Made by a program: the position numbers and the translations under genes. Source: Promethearchaeota archaeon (GTDB taxonomy: Archaea > Asgardarchaeota > Lokiarchaeia > Sigyniarchaeales > SOKP01). From it: a stretch of DNA of 64,000 nucleotides. The notes beneath the pieces were generated by a model. That model was not told the origin of the DNA. It worked only from the letters and a program-made list of their open reading frames with translations, and searched no databases. Below, in pieces: positions 17,642 to 27,902 of the stretch. The stretch spans positions 9,507-73,506 of the forward strand of contig JAEOTS010000009.1 in assembly GCA_016839745.1 (NCBI GenBank), written 5' to 3'. Position 1 is the first letter of the stretch; each line of letters opens with the position of its first letter.

Positions 17642-17928
17642 ATAAATACCAAATTAATCTCAGTGAATAATAAGTTAAAGATTGGCGACAAAAATCGCAA
17701 CCAAACAATAAGGATCCGTGAATGATTTCATTTATAAACGTGAAAAAAATTCCATTGGATTATAAGATAAAGTGAAGCCTTTTTTAAAATCAATAATGAT
17801 TTATTAGGTGATAGCTTAAGAAAATGAAAAGTGAAAGAGAGACAACATTTTTTGTCGACAAAGACTAATTTGCTACATCATATTTTTTGAAACAAATAGA
17901 AAATAAAAAATAGAAATAATAATTTCTT

Positions 17929-19077
17929 TTATTTCATTCTTGCTGAAACCCAGTCGTAATAACCTTTATCTTCCATTACCTTCGGAATTTCGGCGAAGAA
18001 TTGAGCAGTAATCTCTTTTACGTGTTTAGCTGCTACAGGATGGAACATCATAGCTAAATCTAAGCCCACTAAGCTCAGAGTTAATGCGTTAATGATTTCC
18101 CAGATAGGTCCTCTGTATTGTCTTAAACCCCATTGAGGTGCTTGCTTTTCACTCATCCAGGCTTCACGAGCCCCCCATGCATTAGTAGTTCCGCCACTAA
18201 TTGGATAAGCTAAATCAGTTTCTCCCAATAAACCTGCGATTCGCATTCTTTGATAAATGCTAAATGAATATTCCATTCCATAACCTAAGGTAGCACATGT
18301 AGGGTCCATTACAATTCTATTTTTGGGTAATCCTAGTTCTAATGCGTCTTTGTTCATTTTTATTTGGTTATTTAAATCCAAGCTCGTCCAAAGTAAGCAA
18401 TTATGGTCGTACTTAACGGCTAAAGGAATAACTTCCTCCCAGGTTGCTTTATCAGCTGCAGATAGCATTAAAACCTCGCTCTCGGTGGCAGCTGCAGTGA
18501 CTTTAAATAACTCGACATCTTTTTCTTTATTTCCAGAGCAACCAATAATTACCGGAACATCAACGGCTTGTAAGATATCTTCTAAATATTTCACAGATTG
18601 CGAAACTGGTGCGTCGCCCATAGCAGGATCAATTTCTAGAGAATGAAAAGTTATGCTTTCTGCGCCGAACTTATCGACGGCAAATTTTGCCCATTCTGCG
18701 GGATCTCCTAATACTTCTCCATATTCTTGCTTAATAGGTTTAGGTAACATCATTTTAGAGCCCATATCAAAAACATCATAAGTAACTAAAGGTGGGTTAG
18801 GATTTCTTTTGTCAAGACCAAGAAAGTTGTAAAACGGGGGAACCTTTTCTCCGCCAATTACTGCTTTCTTTCCGTTCGATCTTATGAATTCAATCGTTTC
18901 GATTTGTCCGGGAAATTCCAAATCAAGAGTAAATTTGGTTGGAGTCCATTCTGCTTTTCCAATTCCAGGTAAAACGGCTTGTGCAGCAGATTGAACGATA
19001 CCGGGCAACATTTGAAACTCTAAATACTCTGCGAATAAATCTACATCTTTTAGTTCGATTTCTTCAGTTTCTTTCAT
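17929..19077 (-). CDS. cdhD: acetyl-CoA decarbonylase/synthase (CODH/ACS) delta subunit, corrinoid Fe-S protein small subunit
   Basis: 382 aa. Blocks matching methanogen CdhD as I remember it: IGGEKVPPFYNF, VTYDVFDM, PAEWAKFAVDKFGAESITFH, LQAVDVPVIIGCSGN, GGTTNAWGAREAWM, YRGPIWEI. Confidence 0.9.
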   Translation of the reverse strand: MKETEEIELKDVDLFAEYLEFQMLPGIVQSAAQAVLPGIGKAEWTPTKFTLDLEFPGQIETIEFIRSNGKKAVIGGEKVPPFYNFLGLDKRNPNPPLVTYDVFDMGSKMMLPKPIKQEYGEVLGDPAEWAKFAVDKFGAESITFHSLEIDPAMGDAPVSQSVKYLEDILQAVDVPVIIGCSGNKEKDVELFKVTAAATESEVLMLSAADKATWEEVIPLAVKYDHNCLLWTSLDLNNQIKMNKDALELGLPKNRIVMDPTCATLGYGMEYSFSIYQRMRIAGLLGETDLAYPISGGTTNAWGAREAWMSEKQAPQWGLRQYRGPIWEIINALTLSLVGLDLAMMFHPVAAKHVKEITAQFFAEIPKVMEDKGYYDWVSARMK

Positions 19078-19352
19078 TAATTGGGCTAATTTCTTACTAA
19101 TCTCATCAAACGAAATTTTGTATCACTTTACATTATTATATTAAATCTATAATTAGGCTATTGGTGAATTGAATTTAAAATTATGTGATGGAAAATGATC
19201 AAGGATCACCCAAAATGATTGTTTTATGTGGTTTAGATAAGAAAAATTTCGTAAAATTACTGAATTTGACCATTCTTTAAATATAGTCCACTTCGGAATT
19301 CGTCATGTATGTTTGAAAATGATAAAAAAAGTCTTTACTAAAAATTACTTTA

Positions 19353-19871
19353 TTAGTAATTCTTCTTTGTAATTCTCTTCTTAAATAAGATAATCAAGCT
19401 TGAAGTTAAAATAATAGTTAGAATTAAGAGACCTATTTGATATCCAGGTATAATTGGAAGGTAATATCTCGTTAACTCGTCATTACTACAATAGAAAAAG
19501 AAAGTATCTGGTCCGTTTTCAATCAAAATTAGTTCGATGTAATAGATTTTAGACTCTGATGCTGTATAGTTAATGTAAGGATTATCATCTATACTATAAT
19601 TTATTGCTACATCAAAAATATCAGGATTAAGGCTACTATCAATATTTATAAAAGATTCAGTAGGACGCCTATCATAAAGAAACAGGTTGAAATTTCCATC
19701 ACCGCTGTGAGTTACATTAATTACAATATTTTCATCTGCTTCTAAGTGAACAAGGAAATATACAGAAATACCGTTGTTTATATTATCTATATGCTCAAAA
19801 CCAAAAACACTTACAGTTGGGATTAAAGTCATTAAAGTAAGAAGTGTAATCGCGAGATACTTTCGTTTCAT
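19353..19871 (-). CDS. hypothetical secreted, C-terminally anchored protein (possible pre-peptidase-C-terminal-like beta-sandwich)
   Basis: 172 aa. N-terminal signal-like helix and C-terminal TM followed by KKRITKK. NFNLFLYD resembles PPC-domain motifs. Confidence 0.45.
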   Translation of the reverse strand: MKRKYLAITLLTLMTLIPTVSVFGFEHIDNINNGISVYFLVHLEADENIVINVTHSGDGNFNLFLYDRRPTESFINIDSSLNPDIFDVAINYSIDDNPYINYTASESKIYYIELILIENGPDTFFFYCSNDELTRYYLPIIPGYQIGLLILTIILTSSLIILFKKRITKKNY

Positions 19872-19944
19872 AATTTTGGTTAGGTAATAATTTTAAGTTT
19901 GATATAACGTTTAAACTAAATTAAGCTTTATTAAAATATGAAAT

Positions 19945-20853
19945 ATGAAAATAAGTGTGAACTTGTTTAACATGGACAAAATATCAATACAAAATTTAGA
20001 GTTTGGTAAGTATCATGGTCTTGGAAACGATTATGTAATAATAAATAATCTAAAATATGGGATTCCTGACGATAAAAAATCAGACTTAGCAAAAATATTA
20101 TGTAAGCATCATTATTCTATAGGGGCTGATGGAGTTTTATTTGTTTGCCATCCAAAAAAAACGGAAGTGAGGATGAAAATGTTCAATCCCGACGGTACTC
20201 AAGCCGAGATGTGTGGAAATGGAGTTCGATGTTTTGCGAAATTTCTTTACGAAAACGATATTTATAAAAAAGATAAAATAGAGATTGAAACACTTAAAAG
20301 TATTGTAATCGCTAAACTTACTGTTATTAATGATAAAGTCGAAACAGTAACAATTGATATGGGCACTCCGACTTTAGATTGCGAGAGCATTCCAGTTAAT
20401 TTAGAAAGTCCGGTAAATCAATGCGTTAATGAATCAATAGTAGTTTTAGATAAGATTTTTAAATTTACAGCAGTATCAACAGGTAACCCTCACGCTATTA
20501 TTTTTTCAAAAGAGGTCATTAATGACGATGATTTGAAGAAATATGGTGCTGCAATCGAGTCTAATATCCTTTTTCCAAAAAAAACCAATGTAGAATTCGT
20601 AAAAGTATTGTCCAAAGAGGAAGCTATTCTGAGAGTTTTTGAAAGAGGAGTTGGCGTAACTAATTCGTGTGGAACCGGTACTTGTGCTGCTGTAGTAGCA
20701 GGAACGACTTTAGGATTATTTAGGAAAAATACTCCCGTTACAGTCCATAACGATGGGGGTGATTTGAAAATTACTTATGATGGGAAATCAGTTTTTATGG
20801 AAGGTCCGGCTGAAAAAGTTTTTGACGGAGTAATTGAAACAATTGAGTTTTAA
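19945..20853 (+). CDS. dapF: diaminopimelate epimerase
   Basis: HGLGNDYVII plus the two catalytic Cys motifs MCGNG and SCGTG. An alternative in-frame ATG lies at 19972. Confidence 0.9.
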   Translation: MKISVNLFNMDKISIQNLEFGKYHGLGNDYVIINNLKYGIPDDKKSDLAKILCKHHYSIGADGVLFVCHPKKTEVRMKMFNPDGTQAEMCGNGVRCFAKFLYENDIYKKDKIEIETLKSIVIAKLTVINDKVETVTIDMGTPTLDCESIPVNLESPVNQCVNESIVVLDKIFKFTAVSTGNPHAIIFSKEVINDDDLKKYGAAIESNILFPKKTNVEFVKVLSKEEAILRVFERGVGVTNSCGTGTCAAVVAGTTLGLFRKNTPVTVHNDGGDLKITYDGKSVFMEGPAEKVFDGVIETIEF

Positions 20854-20926
20854 TTTGTTTTCATAATTTACTTGGCCATTTTTATTTAAAAAAGAAGGAA
20901 ATTTATCAAATTTGAGGTAATAAACT

Positions 20927-22240
20927 ATGAATTATTCTGATTGGTTAAAGAGAAAAGGATTAGAATATAGAGAGGATATATTGTATTTTGCAAAAAAAAA
21001 AACCTTAGATATCGCTAAAAGGTTTGGTACACCCCTTTATGTAATTAACGAACAAATGATACGTGAGCGCTACAGAAGCTTGAAAAATGTTTTAAATCAC
21101 GAATACAAAAATAACCAAATTAACTATGCTGTTAAAGCAAATTCAAATCTGTCTGTTCTAAAAATTCTGAATTCAGAAGGGGCTTCCTTCGATTGTACTT
21201 CTATGGGAGAAGTGTACATTTGTTTAAAAGCGGGTATATCTTCAGAAAAGATGATATATACGGGAAATATGTTCACAGATGCTGACTTTAAATTCGCAGT
21301 AAAAAATAATGTTTTCGTCAATTTAGACAGTCTAAGCCAATTGAACCGTTTAGTACGAATTCATGAGAGCCTTGGTAAGGAAAAAAAAGCTATCTCTTTT
21401 AGGATAAATCCAGAATTTGGGGCAGGACACCATAAACACACAATTACAGCAGGAAAAGACATAAAATTTGGTATACTCGAACAACAAGCAATAGAAGCGT
21501 ACAGAAAAGCTAAAGAAGCTGGTTTTGAAAAATTTGGTATTCATCAGCATATTGGGTCTGGAGTAATAAACGCTCTCGATTTTGGAAAACCAGCAGAAAA
21601 ATTTATTAGTATTATCAAGAAAATAATAAAAACACTTGATATTAAGTTTGAATTCATCGATTTTGGTGGGGGTTTGGGAATTCCTTATCGACCAGAAGAA
21701 GAACCATTAGATTTAGAGAGTTATAAAAATTTAGTAATAAAACCGTTTTTGAATTTGTTGGAGGCAGAAGAGTTAGGCGAACCCATTTTTAAAATCGAAC
21801 CAGGACGTTTCCTAAGCGCGGAGTCTACAATTTTATTAACGCAGATAAATACAATAAAAGATAATGGATTTAAGCTTTTTGCTGGAGTTAACGCTGGTTT
21901 TAATACGCTAATTCGTCCAACATTATACAATAGTTATCATCATATAATTCCTTGTGATTTAAAAGGAAAAAAGCGGGAATTTGAATATGATATTGTAGGA
22001 CCTATTTGTGAGTCTGGAGACATTCTTGGAGAAGGTAGGAAATTAAATGAGTTGAAAGAGGAAGATTATCTTGCTATTCTTGATACTGGAGCATACGGTT
22101 TTGTTATGAGTAGCCCTTATAATTCAAGACCTAGACCTGCTGAAGTATTAATTAATAATAATTCTGTGTATGAGATTAGAAGGGCAGAAACTTTCGAGGA
22201 TCTATTAAACGGTCAAAAAGTTCCAGAACATTTAAAATAA
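20927..22240 (+). CDS. lysA: diaminopimelate decarboxylase
   Basis: 437 aa. PLP-Lys motif YAVKAN, GGGLGIPY, EPGR and GPICESGD. GAGGT lies 9 nt upstream of the ATG. Confidence 0.9.
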   Translation: MNYSDWLKRKGLEYREDILYFAKKKTLDIAKRFGTPLYVINEQMIRERYRSLKNVLNHEYKNNQINYAVKANSNLSVLKILNSEGASFDCTSMGEVYICLKAGISSEKMIYTGNMFTDADFKFAVKNNVFVNLDSLSQLNRLVRIHESLGKEKKAISFRINPEFGAGHHKHTITAGKDIKFGILEQQAIEAYRKAKEAGFEKFGIHQHIGSGVINALDFGKPAEKFISIIKKIIKTLDIKFEFIDFGGGLGIPYRPEEEPLDLESYKNLVIKPFLNLLEAEELGEPIFKIEPGRFLSAESTILLTQINTIKDNGFKLFAGVNAGFNTLIRPTLYNSYHHIIPCDLKGKKREFEYDIVGPICESGDILGEGRKLNELKEEDYLAILDTGAYGFVMSSPYNSRPRPAEVLINNNSVYEIRRAETFEDLLNGQKVPEHLK

Positions 22241-22522
22241 GAAAAAAGAATTAAATCCTTTATAACGTTAATTATCACGAGATAGAATTATAAATATGGG
22301 CTGCGTAAGGATTGGATACCCTTTATGCCGTTTCGATGAAGAGTTGGCGTAATGAAATCTATATTACTTAGATTAATGATAATACCGATCTGCTCTGATT
22401 TATTTATAATTTTATCTCTCTTATTAAAAAGATAAGTATAATTTTTAAATGAAAGAAAATCTTCTTAAAACCTAAGAACTTTTTATTTTATCATCACAGA
22501 AATTATAATTAAAGTTTTATCT

Positions 22523-23248
22523 ATGAATGTTGCTATTTTATCTGATATTCATGGAAATATTCACGCATTAAACGCCGTAATATCTGACATCAAATCTCTC
22601 AACATCTCAGAAATTGTATTTTTAGGAGATTTGGTTATAAATGGCCCTTCACCATCGGAAGTATTTCAAGAATTGCGAAATTTAAAACCAATTTGTTGGA
22701 TAAAAGGAAATACTGACACCTGGTTTGCTGAAATAAATGACGAATGGTCACCAACTACGGAACAAGAAGAAAAATTATATAATCTTTTTATCTTTGCTCG
22801 AAATTATTTAACCAAAGAATCGATAGAATTTTTATTAAAACGCCCTGAGAAATGTGTTTTTGAAACTGCTGGAGTAGCTATCTTAGCATTACACGGATCG
22901 CCTAGATCTATTTCAGAAGGTATAGGAAAAAATATTACGCAGAATGAACTTAAAGGAATTTTCTCAGATATAGAAGAATCAGTTATAGTGTCAGGACATT
23001 CACATGTACCTTTTATAGGAAAGGTTGCGAATAAATTTATTTTTAATGTAGGAAGTATTGGAATGTCCTTAGACGATGATAATAGAGCGTCTTACGGTAT
23101 AATAAAAATTAAAAATGAGATCCCTGAATGTTCGATCCGAAGAATAGCATATCCTATAAGTAAAACTCTATCAATAGCACAGAATCGGGATTTTCCTGAT
23201 TTGAAAAATTATAAAAAAAAGTTAAATGAAGCGAGAAGTTCACCGTAA
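22523..23248 (+). CDS. metallophosphoesterase (YfcE/MJ0936-like)
   Basis: Motifs SDIHGN, GDLV, GNTD and GHSH in canonical order. Confidence 0.85.
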   Translation: MNVAILSDIHGNIHALNAVISDIKSLNISEIVFLGDLVINGPSPSEVFQELRNLKPICWIKGNTDTWFAEINDEWSPTTEQEEKLYNLFIFARNYLTKESIEFLLKRPEKCVFETAGVAILALHGSPRSISEGIGKNITQNELKGIFSDIEESVIVSGHSHVPFIGKVANKFIFNVGSIGMSLDDDNRASYGIIKIKNEIPECSIRRIAYPISKTLSIAQNRDFPDLKNYKKKLNEARSSP

Positions 23249-23270
23249 ATTTATTTAAAGATATAAAAAG

Positions 23271-24092
23271 CTAAAGATCAAGTACATCTTTCATTTCGAA
23301 AATTTTATTTTCTTTCACTTTGGCAACAAATTTGATAGCTTTAATTGCTCCTGATGCGAAACATGCTCTACTATGAGCTTGATGCTTTAATTCTATTCGT
23401 TCGCCTGGTCCTGCAAATAAGATGGTATGGTCGCCAATAATATCACCACCCCGGACAGAATGGATGCCTATTTCGCTTTTTGCTCCAACGAGTCGCTTAT
23501 TTGGTCCTTTTTCTCTTCCATATTTTGCTATTTCATCTAAGTTAGAACCTATCGCATTAGTTATAGCCTCTCCAATTTTTAAAGCAGTGCCACTAGGAGA
23601 ATCAACTTTCCTATGATGATGTGCCTCTATGACTTCTATATCCCACTCCTTCAAATAGCTTGCTATTATACCGGAGATTTTAAATAGGAGATTTACTCCA
23701 GTGGCCATATTTGGTGATATTACAGCAGGAGCTCTATTTTTTTCTACAAGTTCTTTAAACTTTTCTAAAAAATCTTTTGACATAGCAGTTGTTCCAATTA
23801 CGCACCGTATTCCGTTTTTAACACAAATTAGGCAATTCTTTTCTGTAGCTCTTGCAACTGTAAAATCAACAACCACATCTGGCTTGGTTTCGTTAATAAC
23901 CTCTTGAATATTATTCACATCTTTGATCATAATCTTATTAGCGTCATCGATTGCTACAAGGGCTCCTAACTCATTATTAATTTGAGTTAGGTCGCATGCA
24001 GCTACAACTTCTATTTCGCCATCGGTAATTGCGAGTGAGGAAATTAATTTTCCCATCGATCCGGTAGGACCTAGTATTAATAACTTTATCAT
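23271..24092 (-). CDS. dapB: 4-hydroxy-tetrahydrodipicolinate reductase
   Basis: N-terminal Rossmann motif ILGPTGSMG and the signature EAHHHRKVDSPSGTA. Confidence 0.9.
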   Translation of the reverse strand: MIKLLILGPTGSMGKLISSLAITDGEIEVVAACDLTQINNELGALVAIDDANKIMIKDVNNIQEVINETKPDVVVDFTVARATEKNCLICVKNGIRCVIGTTAMSKDFLEKFKELVEKNRAPAVISPNMATGVNLLFKISGIIASYLKEWDIEVIEAHHHRKVDSPSGTALKIGEAITNAIGSNLDEIAKYGREKGPNKRLVGAKSEIGIHSVRGGDIIGDHTILFAGPGERIELKHQAHSRACFASGAIKAIKFVAKVKENKIFEMKDVLDL

Positions 24093-24118
24093 CTCAATTC
24101 CTCAATCATACTAGTGAT

Positions 24119-25018
24119 CTATATTAAGTTTAGATTTCTTAATACAGTCTTTATTTTTTCTTGATTTTCTTCTAAAGGTGGAGTTAAAGGTAATCTCATC
24201 CTTTTATTCATAATGCCCATTATTTCAGCGGAAAACTTAACAGGACCGGGATTGGTTTCCACAAATAATATTTTGAAAAGATTAAAAAGTTCCAATTGCA
24301 TTTCCCTTGCCCTATCCCAATTTCCCTTAAGCATGGTGTTCGTGAATTCCACTAGTTTAGCGGGTATAATATTTGAGGCTACGCTTACAACTCCTTTGCC
24401 ACCTAAAGCCATTATATGAAATGTCATCCCGTCATCACCACTAAGTACTATGAAATCATCTGGAGTTGTTTTTATGATCTTCGTAATTTGGTCTATGTTT
24501 CCGCTCGCACATTTAATCCCAACGATGTTATCTTTTTTATATGCTAATTTTGAAACAGTTTCAGGTTCTAGATTCCTCCCCGTCCTACTGGGAACATTAT
24601 AAAGAACTATTGGCAAAGAAATTGAATCTGCTACTGTGGAAAAATGATCGATCAGAGAATGTTGAACAGGTTTATTATAATACGGTACAACTACTAAGCA
24701 CCCGTCTGCACCTGCTTTTTCAGCGTACTGGCAAAGCGAAATCGCTTCTTTAGTTGAATTACTCCCACAACCCGCTAAAATAAAGGGATCTTTTCCACTC
24801 TTCTTCCCTTCATCAATAGCTATATCCATAGCAACATGGTGTTCTTCGTGAGAAAGGGTCGCTGATTCTCCCGTGGTGCCCATAGTTAGTGGTTGACACC
24901 CGTTGTCAATCTGAAACCTGATAAATTCTCTATATTTTCCCTCGTCTATTTCTAAATCCTCTGTGAAAGGTGTAATCATCGCAGTAATGACATTTTGTAA
25001 TTTTTCTATTTTATTCAT
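24119..25018 (-). CDS. dapA: 4-hydroxy-tetrahydrodipicolinate synthase
   Basis: GTTGESATLSHEEH, YNVPSRTG, and the Schiff-base Lys context GIKCASG. Confidence 0.9.
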   Translation of the reverse strand: MNKIEKLQNVITAMITPFTEDLEIDEGKYREFIRFQIDNGCQPLTMGTTGESATLSHEEHHVAMDIAIDEGKKSGKDPFILAGCGSNSTKEAISLCQYAEKAGADGCLVVVPYYNKPVQHSLIDHFSTVADSISLPIVLYNVPSRTGRNLEPETVSKLAYKKDNIVGIKCASGNIDQITKIIKTTPDDFIVLSGDDGMTFHIMALGGKGVVSVASNIIPAKLVEFTNTMLKGNWDRAREMQLELFNLFKILFVETNPGPVKFSAEIMGIMNKRMRLPLTPPLEENQEKIKTVLRNLNLI

Positions 25019-25269
25019 ATACTCTCAACTCGGTTTTAAATATATTGAATGATTGTATTGACTTAACTATTTAAATAAAAAATGCTAATTAAAGTATTAT
25101 TTGGTAAAGCTCACTTATAAGCCTTATTGCTAAACGCATCATAAATAAATCTCTAAGCAATTTGAGTCTCGTTGTATCCTCCTTTGATTTTGGGGATTAA
25201 TGATTTTAGTTTAAGACAAAAAATAAATAGGAAGTTAATTATGATTTTGGTATAAAATTCTATAATAAC

Positions 25270-26280
25270 ATGAAAATCGATTATTTAGATAAATTTTCCG
25301 GAACCCTTTTAGGAGTAAGCATTGGAGACACCTTAGGTCATCCGTTTGAAGGAATGATCAGGGAAAGAATATATTCACATTTTAAGGACTTCAAACAATA
25401 TTTGAAAGACAACAAACGGTTCTTCAAAACTTACACAGATGACACTCAACTGACACTACACACAGCAGAAGCGCTTATCCAAGGATCAGGATTTAATGAA
25501 AACAATTTCATTAGGGAGTATGTTAAATGGCTTGACGATCCTCCAATAGGTCCCGGATTTGGGTGCATATCCTCCATACAAAAATTAAAATACGGAATTC
25601 CATGGAAAAAAGCAGCTTCAAATTCCGGAGGTAATGGCACAGCAATGAGAGTCTCTCCTATTGGACTATTTTATTGTAAAGACATAAAGAGTTTAAATAG
25701 TGCGGCGTTAAAATCTAGTGTAATTACTCATTCTCACCCAGCAGCTTCGGCAGGTGCTATCGTTATAGCAAGAGCAATAGCTTTTCTAGTTGATAAATCA
25801 GTAGAGAATCGTTTCTCAATAGAGGAATTTTTTGCTACTTTAATATCTTCAATTTCAGACTCGCAAGAAAAAATATGGGAAGAATTTATTAAGATTTTAA
25901 ATAGAGTTAAAGACAATCTCAACATTTCAGTAGAGACTGGGCTAATAAAATTTTCCCAAGTGGGTGTAAAATCTCCGTTCTTTATCGAAGATTATTTGGG
26001 TAAAGCTTTTGTTCATCCCTATACATTAAGCACCGTCGCTTGCGCAATATTCATCTTTTTAAAAAATCTGAACTCGTTTGAAGATTGTATCATTCAATTA
26101 GCTACTGCGGGTGGCGATAGTGATACTGTAGGTGCTATTGGTGGGAGCTTAGCTGGAGCTTATTTCGGATTAGGAAATATTCCAGATGATTTGAAAACGA
26201 TGGTAAAACAGCATAAAAATATCTTAAAAATTAGTGAGCAATTACATTTTAAATTCATAGAAAAATACGAAATATTTTAA
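25270..26280 (+). CDS. ADP-ribosylglycohydrolase family protein
   Basis: 336 aa with motifs YTDDTQLTL and GGDSDTVGAIGGSLAGAYFG. Confidence 0.85.
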   Translation: MKIDYLDKFSGTLLGVSIGDTLGHPFEGMIRERIYSHFKDFKQYLKDNKRFFKTYTDDTQLTLHTAEALIQGSGFNENNFIREYVKWLDDPPIGPGFGCISSIQKLKYGIPWKKAASNSGGNGTAMRVSPIGLFYCKDIKSLNSAALKSSVITHSHPAASAGAIVIARAIAFLVDKSVENRFSIEEFFATLISSISDSQEKIWEEFIKILNRVKDNLNISVETGLIKFSQVGVKSPFFIEDYLGKAFVHPYTLSTVACAIFIFLKNLNSFEDCIIQLATAGGDSDTVGAIGGSLAGAYFGLGNIPDDLKTMVKQHKNILKISEQLHFKFIEKYEIF

Positions 26281-26846
26281 TCAGCTCTACTTAGATACTT
26301 CTTCAGTTTTTTCAAACATATTTCGCAGAAATCATGCGGTTTTTTATCGGTATCGTCTAAGGAGTTTGAGAAACGCATCACACATAGATTCTCGCAATGT
26401 TCTAATCCAAAAGTGTGGCCAAGCTCGTGAATTGCTTCTTTGAGAACTCTTTGCTCAAATTGAGCTTCATTTTCGGTTCTTCTATAGAATTCTTCTCTTA
26501 AGCGAGTAACTGAAATTAATGCGCTCCCAAAAGACTTATTTCTAGGCAGATCAGCAACGCCAAATACAAAGTTTAAAAATTTAGAGAAAATGTCAACATC
26601 CATAACCCCCAGAATGCGATAATAATTTTTATTCTTTACATGAGCGTTTAATCTTTTTTTAACTTGTAACGCATCGTATTGTCGCTTTATGGGTTCAAAT
26701 TCGGAATCCAACACGGGAAGTTGGTCAGGAAGGATAACAACTTTGATATTATATTTTTTAAAGAACCACTTTAAATTCTTTTTAAGAATTATTAATATTC
26801 CGGGTTCGATATCTCCAATTTTCTGCAAATATATTGTTTTCGTCAT
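26277..26846 (-). CDS. amzA: archaemetzincin (zinc metallopeptidase)
   Basis: HELGHTFGLEHC..NLCVM..CEIC matches the archaemetzincin HExxHxxGxxxC...CxM...CxxC signature. Confidence 0.85.
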   Translation of the reverse strand: MTKTIYLQKIGDIEPGILIILKKNLKWFFKKYNIKVVILPDQLPVLDSEFEPIKRQYDALQVKKRLNAHVKNKNYYRILGVMDVDIFSKFLNFVFGVADLPRNKSFGSALISVTRLREEFYRRTENEAQFEQRVLKEAIHELGHTFGLEHCENLCVMRFSNSLDDTDKKPHDFCEICLKKLKKYLSRAD

Positions 26847-27045
26847 TTTAGAGCTAACTTAAATAGCTTTCCTAAGGAAGTTAAATATAACCTAATTTAT
26901 TAGATTTAACAATAACTGCTTAGATGGAATAAAGAAATAAAAAAATTAAAAATCGAAAAAAGATTTGGATCATTATTATTGATATTTTATAATGTAATTT
27001 TTCATTATGAAAGCATAATTTATCAAACTACTCCTCGAATTTAAT

Positions 27046-27119
27046 GGGAGGGTGGTCTAGCTTGGTATGATTCCTGGTTTGGGACCAGGTGGCCGGGGGT
27101 TCGAATCCCCCCTCTCCCA
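27046..27119 (+). tRNA. tRNA-Pro: tRNA-Pro (anticodon UGG); no intron and no encoded CCA
   Basis: Hand-folded cloverleaf. Acceptor GGGAGGG/CTCTCCC with one G-U. Anticodon stem CCTGG/CCAGG with loop TTTGGGA, anticodon TGG at 27080..27082. T arm GGGGG-TTCGAAT-CCCCC. Discriminator A at 27119. Confidence 0.9.
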
Positions 27120-27201
27120 TTTTTCTAATTATCTTTCTTGAGAGATCTAATTTCAAAGAATATGATCAAAAAAAACTAAGCGGTTATAAAATGAAAAAGG
27201 A

Positions 27202-27489
27202 TTAGATTTCGAAATATTCTTCAACATTTATTGAATCGTTTGTATTGAAATAGATATCTGGAATTAGTTCTTGAACTGTTGTCAGAAGAGACAACATTAT
27301 TGCGGGATTATCTGAAGTAATTTTGTAGTAAATATGGAGCCCTATTCTCGTTTTTACTTGAATCTGTTCTTTAAAGAACTCTATTAACTGCTGGACATCT
27401 TCTTTAAACTCTTTATTTTTTTCAATCCAGACGAAAATTTGTTTCTTTTTAGTTTTGATGTTTGATTTAATTTTTAATTTTAATATCAT
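27202..27489 (-). CDS. hypothetical protein
   Basis: 95 aa with an ATG start and a K-rich N-terminus. No recognisable motif. Confidence 0.45.
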   Translation of the reverse strand: MILKLKIKSNIKTKKKQIFVWIEKNKEFKEDVQQLIEFFKEQIQVKTRIGLHIYYKITSDNPAIMLSLLTTVQELIPDIYFNTNDSINVEEYFEI

Positions 27490-27607
27490 TTTTATCGAGA
27501 AATTATATAATTAATTCTTGAAGTATTAGTTAATATTCTTTTAAATCTAATTATAAAAACGAGGATATTTTTAGGGGAAAATTAGAGGGATTAAAATTTT
27601 AAAATGT

Positions 27608-27886
27608 TTAATCTCTAATCCTCTTTAATTCGATTTTAACAACATTATAACGATCCGGACACTCTAATTCGACTACATCAGAATCTTGCGACCAAGGAAA
27701 TGTGCCGCCAAATTGTAAAGTTATAATAGAGGGAAAGATATCATGATAAAAGAAGCCACACAATCCTCCGGAATCGTGTCCGCTCAATTCTATCACATCT
27801 CCTTCCTTATGATTTGCGTTACATTGACCTTTAACATCTTTTATGGTGCCTAGTATTTTATAGGTTTTCCTATCGTTTTCGCTCAT
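27608..27886 (-). CDS. TIGR04076-family small Cys-containing protein
   Basis: 92 aa. The pattern C..H.EGD...GGLCGFFYH...P....LQFGGTFPW...ECPD matches my memory of this family. It lies 16 nt downstream of the polyferredoxin gene. Confidence 0.6.
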   Translation of the reverse strand: MSENDRKTYKILGTIKDVKGQCNANHKEGDVIELSGHDSGGLCGFFYHDIFPSIITLQFGGTFPWSQDSDVVELECPDRYNVVKIELKRIRD

Positions 27887-27902
27887 TATTATACACGTTA
27901 CT

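Noticed and set aside
26277-26280. A 4-nt overlap of the convergent ADP-ribosylglycohydrolase and archaemetzincin genes.
   Set aside because: This is only overlapping stop codons of convergent genes (TAA and TTA complement). It is common in compact genomes and has no evident regulatory meaning.
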